Assembly: GCF_046119375.1 (NCBI RefSeq)
Contig: NW_027362767.1
Coordinates: 70,866,001-70,930,000, forward strand
Reading direction: 5' to 3'
Length of the DNA stretch: 64,000 nt
Source: Phyllobates terribilis
Taxonomy: Eukaryota
Both the position numbers and the translations under genes were made by a program. Numbering within the stretch: position 1 is the stretch's first letter; each line of letters starts with the position of its first letter. The notes beneath the pieces were generated by a model, which was not told the DNA's origin, searched no databases, and saw only the letters and a list, made by a program, of their open reading frames with translations. Of the stretch, positions 1 through 12,300 are shown piece by piece.

Positions 1-106
1 AAGAAATAGTGGTGGTAGACTTGACGCTGCTGGAGCTGGAATTACCACTTCCGAACTCTCCAGTGCATGTTTCCATCCATTTTTGGGTGCGTCTTGAAGT
101 ATGTTT

Positions 107-1442
107 GGTTTAATAATTGGGATTTCTTGCCTTATAATTGGGGTTGGGACCATCAGTTGTGTTGTGCAGAAGTCAGGTGGATACACAGCTGATAGTCCTA
201 CTGAATAGACTGTTAGAATTTGTATTATGGCAAGAGAAAAGCAGCTAAGTAAAGAAAAACGAGTGGCCATCATTACTTTAAGAAATGAAGGTCAGTCAGT
301 CCGAAAAATTGGGAAAACTTTGAAAGTGTCCCCAAGTGCAGTTGCAAAAACCATCAAGCTCTACAAAGAAACTGGCTCACATGAGGACCGCCCCAGGAAA
401 GGAAGACCAAGAGTCACCTCTGCTTCTGAGGATAAGTTTATCCGAGTCACCAGCCTCAGAAATCGCAGGTTAACAGCAGCTCAGATTAGAGACCAGGTCA
501 ACGCCACACAGAGTTCTAGCAGCAGACACATCTCTACAACAACTGTTAAGAGGAGACTTTGTGCAGCAGGCCTTCATAGTAAAATAGCTGCTAGTAATCC
601 ATTGCTAAGGACAGGCAACAAGCAAAAGAGACTTGTTTGGGCTAAAGAACACAAGGAATGGACATTAGACCAGTGGAAATCTGTGCTTTGGTCTGATGAG
701 TCCAAATTTGAGATCTTTGGTTCCAATCACCGTGTCTTTGTGCGACGCAGAAAAGGTAAACGGATGGACTCTACATGCCTGGTTCCCACTGTGAAGCATG
801 AAGGAGGAGGTGTGATGGTGTGGGGGTGCTTTGCTGGTGACACTGTTGGGGATTTATTCAAAATTGAAGGCATACTGAACCAGCATGGCTACCACAGCAT
901 CTTGCAGCGGCATGCTATTCCATCCGGTTTGCGTTTAGTTGGACCATCATTTATTTTTCAACAGGACAATGACCCCAAACACACCTCCAGGCTGTGTAAG
1001 GGCAATTTGACCAAGAAGGAGAGTGATGGGGTGCTACGCCAGATGACCTGGCCTCCACAGTCACCAGACCTGAACCCAATCGAGATAGTTTGGGGTGACC
1101 TGGACCGCAGAGTGAAGGCAAAAGGGCCAACAAGTGGTAAGCATCTCTGGGAACTCCTTCAAGATTGTTGGAAGACCATTTTCGGTGACTACCTCTTGAA
1201 GCTCATCAAGAGAATGCCAAGAGTGTGCAAAGCAGTCATCAAAGCAAATGGTGGCTACTTTGAAGAACCTAGAATATAAGACATATTTTCAGTTGTTTCA
1301 CACTTTTTTGTTAAGTATATAATTCCACATGTGTTAATTCATAGTTTTGATGCCTTCAGTGTGAATGTACAATTTTCAAAGTCATGAAAATGCAGAAAAA
1401 TCTTTAAATGAGAAGGTGTGTCCAAACTTTTGGTCTGTACTG
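107..1442 (+). mobile_element. Tc1-superfamily DNA transposon, DD38E (Intruder-type), 5'-truncated (right TIR only)
   Basis: Near-identical to the copy at 24427-26056 from ~107 onward. The right TIR ends ...CTGTACTG followed by TA (1443-44). Upstream of ~107 the sequence is unrelated, so the left TIR is missing. Confidence 0.9.
227..1279 (+). CDS. Tc1-like transposase, 350 aa, uninterrupted ORF, DD38E triad
   Basis: Paired-like HTH N-terminus, GRPR motif, WSDE, QQDND and SPDLNPIE; 38 residues between the second D and the E. Confidence 0.9.
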   Translation: MAREKQLSKEKRVAIITLRNEGQSVRKIGKTLKVSPSAVAKTIKLYKETGSHEDRPRKGRPRVTSASEDKFIRVTSLRNRRLTAAQIRDQVNATQSSSSRHISTTTVKRRLCAAGLHSKIAASNPLLRTGNKQKRLVWAKEHKEWTLDQWKSVLWSDESKFEIFGSNHRVFVRRRKGKRMDSTCLVPTVKHEGGGVMVWGCFAGDTVGDLFKIEGILNQHGYHSILQRHAIPSGLRLVGPSFIFQQDNDPKHTSRLCKGNLTKKESDGVLRQMTWPPQSPDLNPIEIVWGDLDRRVKAKGPTSGKHLWELLQDCWKTIFGDYLLKLIKRMPRVCKAVIKANGGYFEEPRI

Positions 1443-4400
1443 TACGAAAAATAAATTTTGACCACCTCAGATGGATATGTTATATTGCAGTAGAAATATG
1501 CGGCTATACAGAGCATAGCTGGCTGATGGCCCTCTAAAAATAGTGAGGGACGACTGCTGGACCTCTAACAATAGTAAGGGCCGCCTGATGGCCCTGTAAA
1601 AATAGGCTTTGTGACTTTCAGAGTCCCTCTTTTATAAATGAAACAGGATGTGTTTGATCATGTCTCACACACCACATGGCCAGATAAGGTAGAAAAATGT
1701 TAAAATTACATTTACTGGTGAATGTATTTTTCACTGTTGAAAGCAATGCGAAAGTGCATTGTCAGTCCGTAAAAGTGGTGTAATACTCTGACAATATTGT
1801 TCACAGCAGTGACCTGGAATTCAGAGATACTTCCAGGGGTCTTCCCCATGCTGAGCACCCAAGCATTACGATTTACTCGACCCGAGCAATGAGTACACAA
1901 GCATTTTAGTGCTCGCTCATCACTAATTTTCATACATCTATATTCAAAAATGTACCTGATCAAATACAGTTTCCTTGGTTTATAATAGAAATGTATGCCA
2001 CTCATGTGGGATCCGATTTTTTTTATTGCACCCATAGACTTGAATGGCTGAGTCTCATCTGAGACTGGGAAAAGAATTGTGCATGATGCGATTTTTTTTC
2101 TTGCGTCTGATTTATATGCTCGTCTACATGGGTCTTTAGACTAATGTGTATTTCCAACATTATTCACTTTCAGAATCTATTAAAAAATAAAAATAAAAGA
2201 TACTGGCCCGGTTTAAAGGGAACCTGTCAACTGATACGTGCTGTCCGATCCATGGGTAGAATGTATGTGACAGTGGCTGCACGATTCAGGCAATGTATAT
2301 TCACCTCTGAAACGTTGCAGCATTTCAGAGAAAAAGGAGCTGGCCTTCTTCTAAATATTATTGGACCAATGCACGTAGAGCGGAATCCATGGGTCTAAGG
2401 GATGCAGACTTTTTCCAGCATTGAGCACCAGTTATGTCAATCTTATTGTTGTGTTTTATTAGAGATTTGCTTGCTTGTTAGTTTAAGTGCACTAATTTCA
2501 CATGGAAAGTGTTCAGCTAAGTAATCAATGTTTCCATTCAGCGACAGTAAGCCGAGGAAGATGTGCTGGTTGAATCTTATGAATACTTAAGGCCAGACAG
2601 GAGATTGTTAAATGTAAAGCAAACATTCCATTACTCTCATCAGTGTCTCAGGGGCCTCAAGCCATTGTTCTCCCAGCAACTAGTCCCATTGTATGGATGG
2701 GGATAGTAGACCCAGTGGAGTCGTCACCACAGGGGGTCTCACATGCAGTCCAAGGTGATGGGGCTCTGCAGTTAGCTTTGGGGGGGAAGGTGAAGATACT
2801 TCTGCCCATTCCAGGGCTGACCCCAGGGAGGGAGGACAAGAAGCTACACGTTTAGTGGAGGAGTGGGTGGAGTGATGTTGAGAGGAGAGGATCTATGGCT
2901 GAGGTCCTGGTGCCCAAGTATGGATGGCCTATGGAGTTTAAAATTGGATGTCGGCTGGGCTGGATCCACGTGCTACTTTTGAGGGATCTGCATTTGAGGA
3001 ACTTTCTTGAGGGCTGTTGCTGCTGGATACATGGGCTTCGGTCGTGTTATCTGTCATCTGGAGGAGCGTGGACTGTGACTACAGACCATACTGGTGAGAG
3101 ATATGAAATCTGTGGGCCAACCAAAAATTGAGAGACAGTGAGTATCGCCTGGTAAAGGGCAGTGGGACTACCGACCCCGGGAAGGGGATATTGTAGACTG
3201 GAGGCAATGTATTTTGGCCATCTACCTGGAGTTGTTGTAAAACCATGGAAGCCACTGGGGCCCAAGCAATGCTGGAGATTAGTCCTACATGTGGGTCCCG
3301 GCGACTTCTATGTCCACACTCAGGCAGACACCTGTCAAGTCAGGTCAGGGGGGCGGGAAGACGCTCCCGGGTATCCGACTGTCTGACTAGTCTCCAGCGC
3401 GGGTCGATCCCAAGCGACATTAAAACTATGTTTTTATTTCTGAAACGCTGTCACGTTTCATAGTAAATATATATGGTTGCAATCGTGCAGCCACTGTCTG
3501 ATACATGCTGCCTGTGAATCAGGCAGCATGTGTCAGCTGTCAGGTTCTCTTTAAGTGTACTGGTGGAGACATTTTGGTATTATGGTGTCTGCAAACTGGG
3601 CTAAACTTTCAGATATCAGTTGAACATTCAGATTTGCTGTGTGCAAAACTATTATTCTTACAATTTAGGGGGGTCCTACAATAAAGTAGATTTCTGGTAT
3701 CATCTTTTGTGTGCAGCACATTCTACACACATACCACATACCCACTGAAATGAGTCCTAATAAATAGTGCAGAAGGGTTTTAGTACAGTTACCACTGACC
3801 TCAAAAAACCTACCTCTTTTAAGGTTACGGGCAGATTGCAATGCATTATTAATGCCGTAGCATAGGCAAAACATATTTAATTACCCTGTTTTTCCTGGTA
3901 TCAACACAATGATTTCTTACATGGCCTCAGGATGGTTATTCTGTACAAGCCTTAGGACGCATTTGTTAATTAAAACTGCAGAATGGCAAGAATTTGTTTT
4001 TTTTGCTTTCCATAAAGAAACTACATTGCGGTCGTTTAGATGCTCAGTGGTAAGTACCAATGGAATACAGATGGGATATGTGTATTTCGAGGGTAAGTCC
4101 GACAACCAGGTCATATTTAAAAAAAAAAAAGCAAAATAAAAAGGAAATCAATACACTAAGTAGATTCTAAATGGATATGTTGGATATGTCACCTTAGTAG
4201 AGTGTGTTACAACTCATGCCTTTTCATGACCATTGCTGTTTTATTGGAAATAGTCAGCAAGTAGATAGCCCCATGACAGCTGAACTCCTATAAATAGAGG
4301 GAGGCTGAGAAAAGGGGCATTATTATTTTTCATGCCGTTCACAGGTCAGCATAGGCCAAGGTAGATCCCAAGGTAGCACCTAATATTATTATGATACAAA

Positions 4401-5529
4401 TGTGAACATCTGCATTTACAATTCTGCTGGTAGATATTTGTTTTGCCAAGTTTTTAACACTTAGAATCAGATACTGGCTTTAAAGAAGGTACTCCCTTGC
4501 GATATAACGCAATTTTATTTATAATAGTTCATTTAAAAGATAAAATACAAAATTAAAGGAATAGTATGATATTAGATATTGCGTACACTTTTGTATATGT
4601 TAACATACAAAGGTTAAGTAAATATACTCACGTCATCACCAAGGAGCTTTTACACATGGGTCTGGAATATCAGAGAAGCAATCACCAAGACAGAGAACCC
4701 CTGGAAATATCACAACACTGCATGGGCGTCCCCACTTATGCAGGTATTACAACACTGTACACATAAGTACAGGTACACAACTTTTTGCTTCTGTCTTAGC
4801 TATATTTCTCTGGCCTTATATATAGTGAATCTTCACTATGTGGTAAGTCTAGTTCACCTTTAACCTCAAGTGGCCAGCCTTTGGTAATAGATGAATCAGA
4901 GATACAAGGCAATCCTCAGACAATGGAGGGCAATAAATCCATACAATTCAAAAGCTCTCAAGGATCACATAAGTCAACTGCAGACAAAGGTTAAACAAAT
5001 CTCCATGTTTTACAATAACAAACAATAAACACTGGACTATTTCAGAGGTGAACCTTCAGACAATGTGAGTAAACAATTCAAGATTTTGTTACTATGAACA
5101 TTGTCTGTGTGTAAACATAAGACAAGACTTTGACAGAATGAGCCATATCTATCTGTGAATGTATCACCAGAGATGCTTGTTTGTAATACATTCTGTATAT
5201 TTCAATATGGACTCAAAATATAAATTTTTCTGTTTACACTACAATATTGGAAACAGTCAGCAAGCTGGTGCACAGATGACTTCCTAACAGATGAGCTCCT
5301 ATTATACAGAGAGATGTTTTATTTTTCCTAAATTAGGTGACAGTACAGAGGATGACGACACTTCATAGAATGCAAATGAGCAAAGCAAACTCTGTGCAGA
5401 CACTGAAGTAGCAGGGAACACTGTTGGATTTTAGCTGTAAGGGTTCGCTCACACTAGTGTATTAAAAAATCAGTTCCATTGTCATCCAGGAGTGTGGGAC
5501 GAGTCCAGCAATACCTGTACCTAGCCAGT

Positions 5530-5832
5530 CCGTTACTCTGTTACTGAGAAATCAACATTTAAATTGATATGTAAATAAGGCTGAAGAGCTATGGTAGATC
5601 TGACGCCTCTGTCACTGCAGCTCTATTCCTCACCCAGGACCGCCTCCCTCTGATTGATTGGCAGCATCTATGTTGTGTGACTTCAGGCAAAAGAGCCGTC
5701 AGTCAAGCAGGAGGAAGCAGCGCTGGACAGTGAATAGAGCTGGAGTGACGGAGGCTTCAGATCTACCATAGCTCTTCAGCCTCATTTGCATATCAATTCA
5801 ACCACTGATTTCTCAGAAACAGAGAAACGGAC
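5530..5832. mobile_element. Palindromic MITE-like non-autonomous element
   Basis: Arm gctgaagagctatggtagatctga...gtcactgcagctctattc is mirrored by gaatagagctggagtgac...tcagatctaccatagctcttcagc. Boundaries approximate. Confidence 0.6.
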
Positions 5833-6477
5833 AGGCCATGTAAAGGTATTTATGGATTGAATGTCTTCAGTGCTTGTTTGCTCCTTATGATCCTGTATAA
5901 TAAAGATGTAGAAATAACCCAACCAGTTCAGTTCAGTTTAGTTTATAATCAGAGACCCAAAATAACCTGTCCAGGAAGGGGTTATTGAAAATTATATATG
6001 TCATAATTAACTCTTTTATGGTACAATGATAATCAAATAAATGGTAGAATATAATATTCTGCGTGTGTGTAAATGTAAGACTGTCCCCGCAAATTACCTC
6101 CATGGTTTCATATAATAAGCAGAATTTTACGACACATTTGTGAAATGCGCTGCAGAGAAATGAGAGTGTCTTCTTCCTTTAAATTCCGTGTGCTGTATGT
6201 CACTGATCGGCAGCCAATAGGATCGCTGGATTTGCATTTGAAAAAAAAACAAACTGTCAACAGTCCTCAGTCTGTTACAGGACAGCAGCGAGTGAATATG
6301 GATGTCGGACAAGGCTATGTTTTGTTACTTTGTGCCGGACAAGGCTATGCTTCATTTACTTTGAAAGTGCGGTTAATAAAGTCTGAATAAACCTGCCTTG
6401 AACACTTTAAAGAAACTGACTGCTGTGCCTACCTCAACAGCGGCTGAGTGAGTACCAAACACCTACTATATATATAT

Positions 6478-7299
6478 TGTCAGTAATCACCACACAGTGA
6501 CGACTCCGGGGCGATCACGTGATATCTCACCGTGCCGTCACGCTGTCAGTATTTCGTCCGGAATCGCGAGCATATGATCCAGACTACTCGCTACGTGGAT
6601 ATCGGCAAGCGGCCAGTGAGAGTATGGCGTCACACCTCTGGGTTCTAAAGCCTGGGATCTGTATTTACGCCCTCCGTACTGTCACTGTCAGCTTCATGAT
6701 AGCCCGATTATTAATATTATTCGCTGCCACCACGGGCCGAGTTTGAAATAAAATACAGGCCTGGCCGGACGCCTGCGTTTTGGTAGCATATATGGCTTCG
6801 GGGAAGGGAACGATTACAGGATAAAAGAAACAGCACTATTAAATTTTACTTTTAATCCGAAAAGGGAGGCAGTGTTTAGGAAAAAATATATACAAGGATG
6901 TTACAAAGGAGACATTAAAATACATAAGCAGTTACATAAAATAATCAGGATAAAAAGGTGAAACTTACACTATAAAGTTTTCTGCGACGACTATAGGTGG
7001 AGGAGGGGCTCCCCAGTTTTATTATGCTGTTAATCGAACAGGACTCGTTGCTTATAAAAAACTATGTATGCATTCCTCAGCTATTTCTGTCACTAGAAAT
7101 AGGGATCCCATTATTGTCAGACGCATTGAACTTACAATATTTCATATTTCGTTTCGTAGTCGGATTGTCTGGAGATTTATTTGTTAAGCTCGGGAAAGCA
7201 ACTTTCCCAGTTACAAGCAAATTAGTGCAATCCTGCCAGTAATTACCTCCCTGTGTGTGCCAGGGACAAGAGGCTCGTATCTTAACAAAGTTTGGTGAC
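6478..7299. mobile_element. Possible solo LTR
   Basis: TGTCA...TGACA termini and a CpG-rich interior relative to AT-rich flanks; no clear TSD. Confidence 0.35.
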
Positions 7300-7568
7300 A
7301 CCTCGTGGCTGGCATTTGTTTGTGTAAGGTCTTTTGGCTGTGGGCAATAATTTGCAGGAAGATACTGTATATTTTCATGGAGACAGCTTTCAAAAGATGG
7401 ATAAGGGAGGGGGTGAAGAAAAGTCCTGAGAGAAATGGCCCAAATCTATGTCAGACTTTCAATATTCCTCATATATATGCGCACACATACGTTTATTTGG
7501 GGCTCTTTGTTGTCATTAATGTCAATGGGATTAGTCCGTGGCATAGTCAGTGGGATTCTTCATAGTCA

Positions 7569-7693
7569 GATAATGTAGTAGATGTCATCTGCAGTCCTAT
7601 GTAACACCACAGATAACAGTGATAACTCTCTAAGTAGCGATAATGTAGTAGATGTCATCTGCAGTCCGATGTAACACCACAGATAACAGTGAT
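7569..7693 (+). repeat. Tandem duplication, ~70-bp unit, about 2 copies
   Basis: gataatgtagtagatgtcatctgcagtcc(t/g)atgtaacaccacagataacagtgat occurs twice. Confidence 0.85.
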
Positions 7694-9261
7694 TATACTC
7701 GTCAACAGAACCAAGGCAAAGTGTAAAGATACATGCAACATGTTGAAAAAAGTGCATTGTTTGGAAACTACCATCTATAATTGTGCATCATGTTGGCAAA
7801 AAACGTGAATGTAATAAATGTACTATCAGAGACTTTCTCACCTGCATTCTGTAATAATTAGACTATGTTCATATGCAGCGTTTTTTTCAGCAGCTAAAAC
7901 CTGCTTTTTTGGCAGTAAAAAACGCCCATTTTTCACTGTGTACGGATTATTTGTGTGATTTGTCTACAGCACATGTTTAATGAAGTTAGTTTTATTCACC
8001 AAAAACACTGGAAAACGCTTAGTTATGCAACGGATTCATCTCAAACATTAATTCCATTTGTTTGTTTCTAAAAATGGAAAAGGCAAATGTAACGTCAGAA
8101 TGGAGGAGTCAAGTAACCTAAGGCCAATTGCTGGTCTTGTAACCTGCATTAAACCTTATAAGCTTACATGGGGCTGCTGAGTTTAGGTCCGGAGATCGAT
8201 GGATGGTCCAGGCACTGTGCTCTGTACAAGCACCGTGAAATATGGCTGCTACACCTGGTCTACGGCATAATCTAATGGAAACCGGGGGAAAAAAAAACAA
8301 GTGAGATGAAATTGTAAAAAAAAAAAAACAAACAAAAAAAAACAATGATGGAATTGCATTTTTTATTTTTTACTGTGTTCATTCTGTTGAATATAATTCT
8401 CCAGGTCAGTACAATTAGGCCCATACCAATCTCAAGGTATGTGCACACATTGCGTGTTTTGCTGCGGTTTTTCTCTGTGTTTTTGTCTGGACAAAATGCA
8501 GCGAAGTTGAGATGTCTGTAGTCTCATGCACACGCTGCTTATTTGTTCTTTGCAGATTTGACGCAGTTTCAAATCTGCAGCATGTCAATTTGTTCAGAGT
8601 TTTTGCAGCATTTTTCATCTAAGAATGGGAAGAAAACGCATGAAAAACGCACTAAAAACCACTGCAAAACCGGCATATTTTAGCAAAGTTTTTCCTACTA
8701 ACACTCTGGTATTTGTAGATTTTTCTGCTGCAAATACTGGATGTTCACAACATCTGCCAGGTATGGTGCGGCCTGCCAGACGCCCGCGCACGACTTGTGC
8801 CCTCCATGAATGGCGGGTGAAAAAGGCAAATAAAAAAAATATTGAAAAATGACATAATGTACACAAAACTGAAAAATTGTCCGTCCACACCAGGCGCAGA
8901 GGTCCTAAGACTGGAAAGTAGACAAAACCCAACCGACCCCAAAATAAGTGATCAGGGTCCGTCAGGCACCGATGGTGACAGCGCGGTCAGATGTCAGATA
9001 CGTGCACCACATCAATACGGCCTAATGCGCATAAATATATGTATAAAATAAAGCGAATGTAATCGGGTTTGGTTTATAAGAAATATTCTAAAAACCTTGG
9101 AGGGGGTAAAGGGTTAAAATGCATTTGCAATTAAAGAAATGCATAATATATGTAGCGAGCGTAGAAAGCAGTTCTCTCTCCCCTCACACGACATTGGGAC
9201 CTCCCACTTTTATTCATTTCCCTATGTTAGGCTGTTCCACTGCCTATCACATGGGTGTATG

Positions 9262-9291
9262 CCAATAGACGCGTCTGGTTTCCATAGTGAC
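9262..9291. promoter_or_regulatory. Putative CCDC175 proximal promoter: CCAAT box and RFX X-box
   Basis: CCAAT at 9262-9266. GTTTCCATAGTGAC at 9278-9291 (reverse complement GTCACTATGGAAAC) fits the RFX X-box consensus, ~65 bp upstream of the ATG. Confidence 0.5.
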
Positions 9292-9356
9292 CCTGACTGG
9301 TGAAAGCAATTAGGCCCTGATTTCTGAAGAGAATTCACGCTGAGAGAACGTAGAGA

Positions 9357-12300
9357 ATGACTTCGGGTCTGTCGGTGCCGGACTGCAAGGCGGTGTCTGT
9401 GGTCTTGGAGCATTTCATGGAAGTAGGTAGGTGTCAGTGAGAGGAGCCGGCTGCCGCGGAGGGACATACAGTGATTTATGAGTTGCTGCGGTCATGGTCG
9501 TAGTTCGCGGCTCTGGTGTGTCCATGAGCTGAGGAGGAGACGCGACCTGTCTGTACTGAGGCGTCTGCCCAACATATAGTTCCTTGTTGTATCACTGCTC
9601 CGCCAGAACAGTGCCCCCCCACAGCCTGCCTGACATATACTGCCCTGCTGTATCACTGCACCCCCATAACAGTGCCCCCCCACAGCCTGCCTGACATATA
9701 CTGCCCTTCTGTATCACTGCACCCCCATAACAGTGCCCCCCCACAGCCTGCCTGACATATATTGCCCTGCTGTATCACTGCGCCCCCATAACAGTGCCCC
9801 CCACAGCCTGCCTGACATATACTGCCCTGCTGTATCACTGCACCCCCATAACAGTGCCCCCCACAGCCTGCCTGACATATACTGCCCTGCTGTATCACTG
9901 CACCCCCATAACAGTGCCCCCCCACAGCCTGCCTGACATATACTGCCCTGCTGTATCACTGCGCCCCCATAACAGTGCCACAACAGCAGGCCTGACAGAC
10001 ATATACTGCCCTGCTGTATCACTGCGCCCCCATAACCGTGCCCCCCCACAGCCTGACAGACATATACTGCCCTGCTGTATCACTGCGCCCCCATAACAGT
10101 GCCCTCCCACAGCCTGACAGACATATACTGCCCTGCTGTATCACTGCGCCCCCATAACAGTGCCCCCCCACAGCCTGACAGACATATACTGCCCTGCTGT
10201 ATCACTGCGCCCCCATAACAGTGCCCCAACAGCAGGCCTGACAGACATATACTGCCCTGCTGTATCACTGCGCCCCCATAACAGTGCCCCCCCACAGCCT
10301 GCCTGACATATACTGCCCTGCTGTATCACTGCGCCCCCATAACAGTGCCCCCCCACAGCCTGCCTGACATATACTGCCCTGCTGTATCACTGCGCCCCCA
10401 TAACAGTGCCCCCCCACAGCCTGCCTGACATATACTGCCCTGCTGTATCACTGCGCCCCCATAACAGTGCCCCCCCACAGCCTGCCTGACATATACTGCC
10501 CTGCTGTATCACTGCGCCCCCATAACAGTGCCCCCCCACAGCCTGCCTGACATATACTGCCCTGCTGTATCACTGCGCCCCCATAACAGTGCCCCCCCAC
10601 AGCCTGCCTGACATATACTGCCCTGCTGTATCACTGCGCCCCCATAACAGTGCCCCCCCACAGCCTGCCTGACATATACTGCCCTGCTGTATCACTGCGC
10701 CCCCATAACAGTGCCCCCCCACAGCCTGCCTGACATATACTGCCCTGCTGTATCACTGCACACCTCATGCTGCATCAGGAGAGCGTGCACCCCATTCAGC
10801 GAGTCCCCCAGAGAGTGTCGGGGAGTTGTCTGCCTTTTTAGGGGCTATGGACCTGCTCTTACAATGGTAATAAGAGTAAAATACAAGTGCTTCTCACAAA
10901 ATTAGAATATCATCAAAAAGTTAATTTATTTCAGTTCTTCAATACAAAAAGTGAAACTCGAATATTATATAGAGTCATTACACAGAGTGATCTATTTCAA
11001 GTGTTTATTTCTGTTAATGTTGATGATTATGGCTTACAGCCAATGAAAACACAAAAGTCATTATCTCAGTAAATTAGAATAATTAACAAAACATCTGCAA
11101 AGGCTTCCTATGCGTTTAAAAAGGTCCCTTAGTCTGTTTCAGTAGGCTCCACAATCATGGGGAAGACTGCTGACTTGTCAGATCTCCTGAAGGCAGTCAT
11201 TGACACACTCCACAAGGAGGGTAAGCCACAAAAGGTCATTGCTAAAGAAGCGGGCTGTTCAGAGAGTGCTGTATCCAAGCATATTAATGGAAAGTTGAGT
11301 GGAAGGAAAAAGTGTGGTAGAAAAAGGTGCACAAGCAATCGGGATAACCGCAGCCTTGAAAGGATTGTTAAGAAAAGGCCATTCAAACATTTGGGGGAGA
11401 TTCACAAGGAGTGGACTGCTGATGGAGTCATTGCTTCAAGAGCCACCACACACAGACGTATCCAGGACATGGGCTACAAGTGTCACATTCCTTGTGTTAC
11501 GCCACTCATCACCAATAGACAACGCCAGAAGCGTCTTACCTGGGCCAAGGAGAAAAAGAGCTGGACTGTTGCTCAGTGCTCCAAGGTGTTGTTTTCAGAT
11601 GAAAGTAAATTTTGTATTTCATTTGGGAATCAAGGTCCCAGAGTCTGGAGGAAGAGTGGAGAGGCCACAATCCAAGCTGCTGGAGGTCTAGTGTGAAGTC
11701 TCCACAATCAGTGATGGTTTGGGGAGCCATGTCATCTGCTGGTGTAGGTCCACTGTGTTTTATCAAGACCAAAGTCAGCGCAGCCGTCTACCAGGACATT
11801 TTACAGCCCTTCATGCTTCCCTCTGCCGACAAGCTTTTTGGAGATGAAAATTTCATAACACCTCAGCAGTGCCACAGGCTGATCGCCTCCATGCCACATT
11901 GCCGCATTGATGCAGTAATTGATGCAAAAGGAGCCCCGATCAAGTATTGAGGGCATTTACTGAACATACATTACAGTAGGACGTTTCAGACTTTAAAAAC
12001 ATTTTTCAAGCTGTTGTTATAAAGTATTCTAATTTACTGAGATAATGACTTTTGTGTTTTCATTGGCTGTAAGCCATAATCATCAACATTAACAGAAATA
12101 AACACGTGAAATAGATCACTCTGTTTGTAATGATGCTATATAATATATGGGTTTCACTTTTTGTATTGAAGAACTGAAATGAATTAACTTTTAGATGATA
12201 TCGTAATTTTGTGAGAAGCAGCAGTATGTAGAACAACTGTCTGATCCTGGTTGTGAGAACAGTTCTTGGCTTTTCAGCCCAGTCTTATTAGCGATCGTTA

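Noticed and set aside
1-9200. Expected 3' exons of RTN1 (upstream neighbour of CCDC175 in mammals)
   Set aside because: No reticulon-domain exon recognised by eye; it probably lies outside the window.
9492-10356. Repetitive MGGHCYGG... ORFs and a CRISPR-like periodic appearance
   Set aside because: Head-to-tail tandem repeat with no unique spacers, no cas genes, and a eukaryotic intron context.
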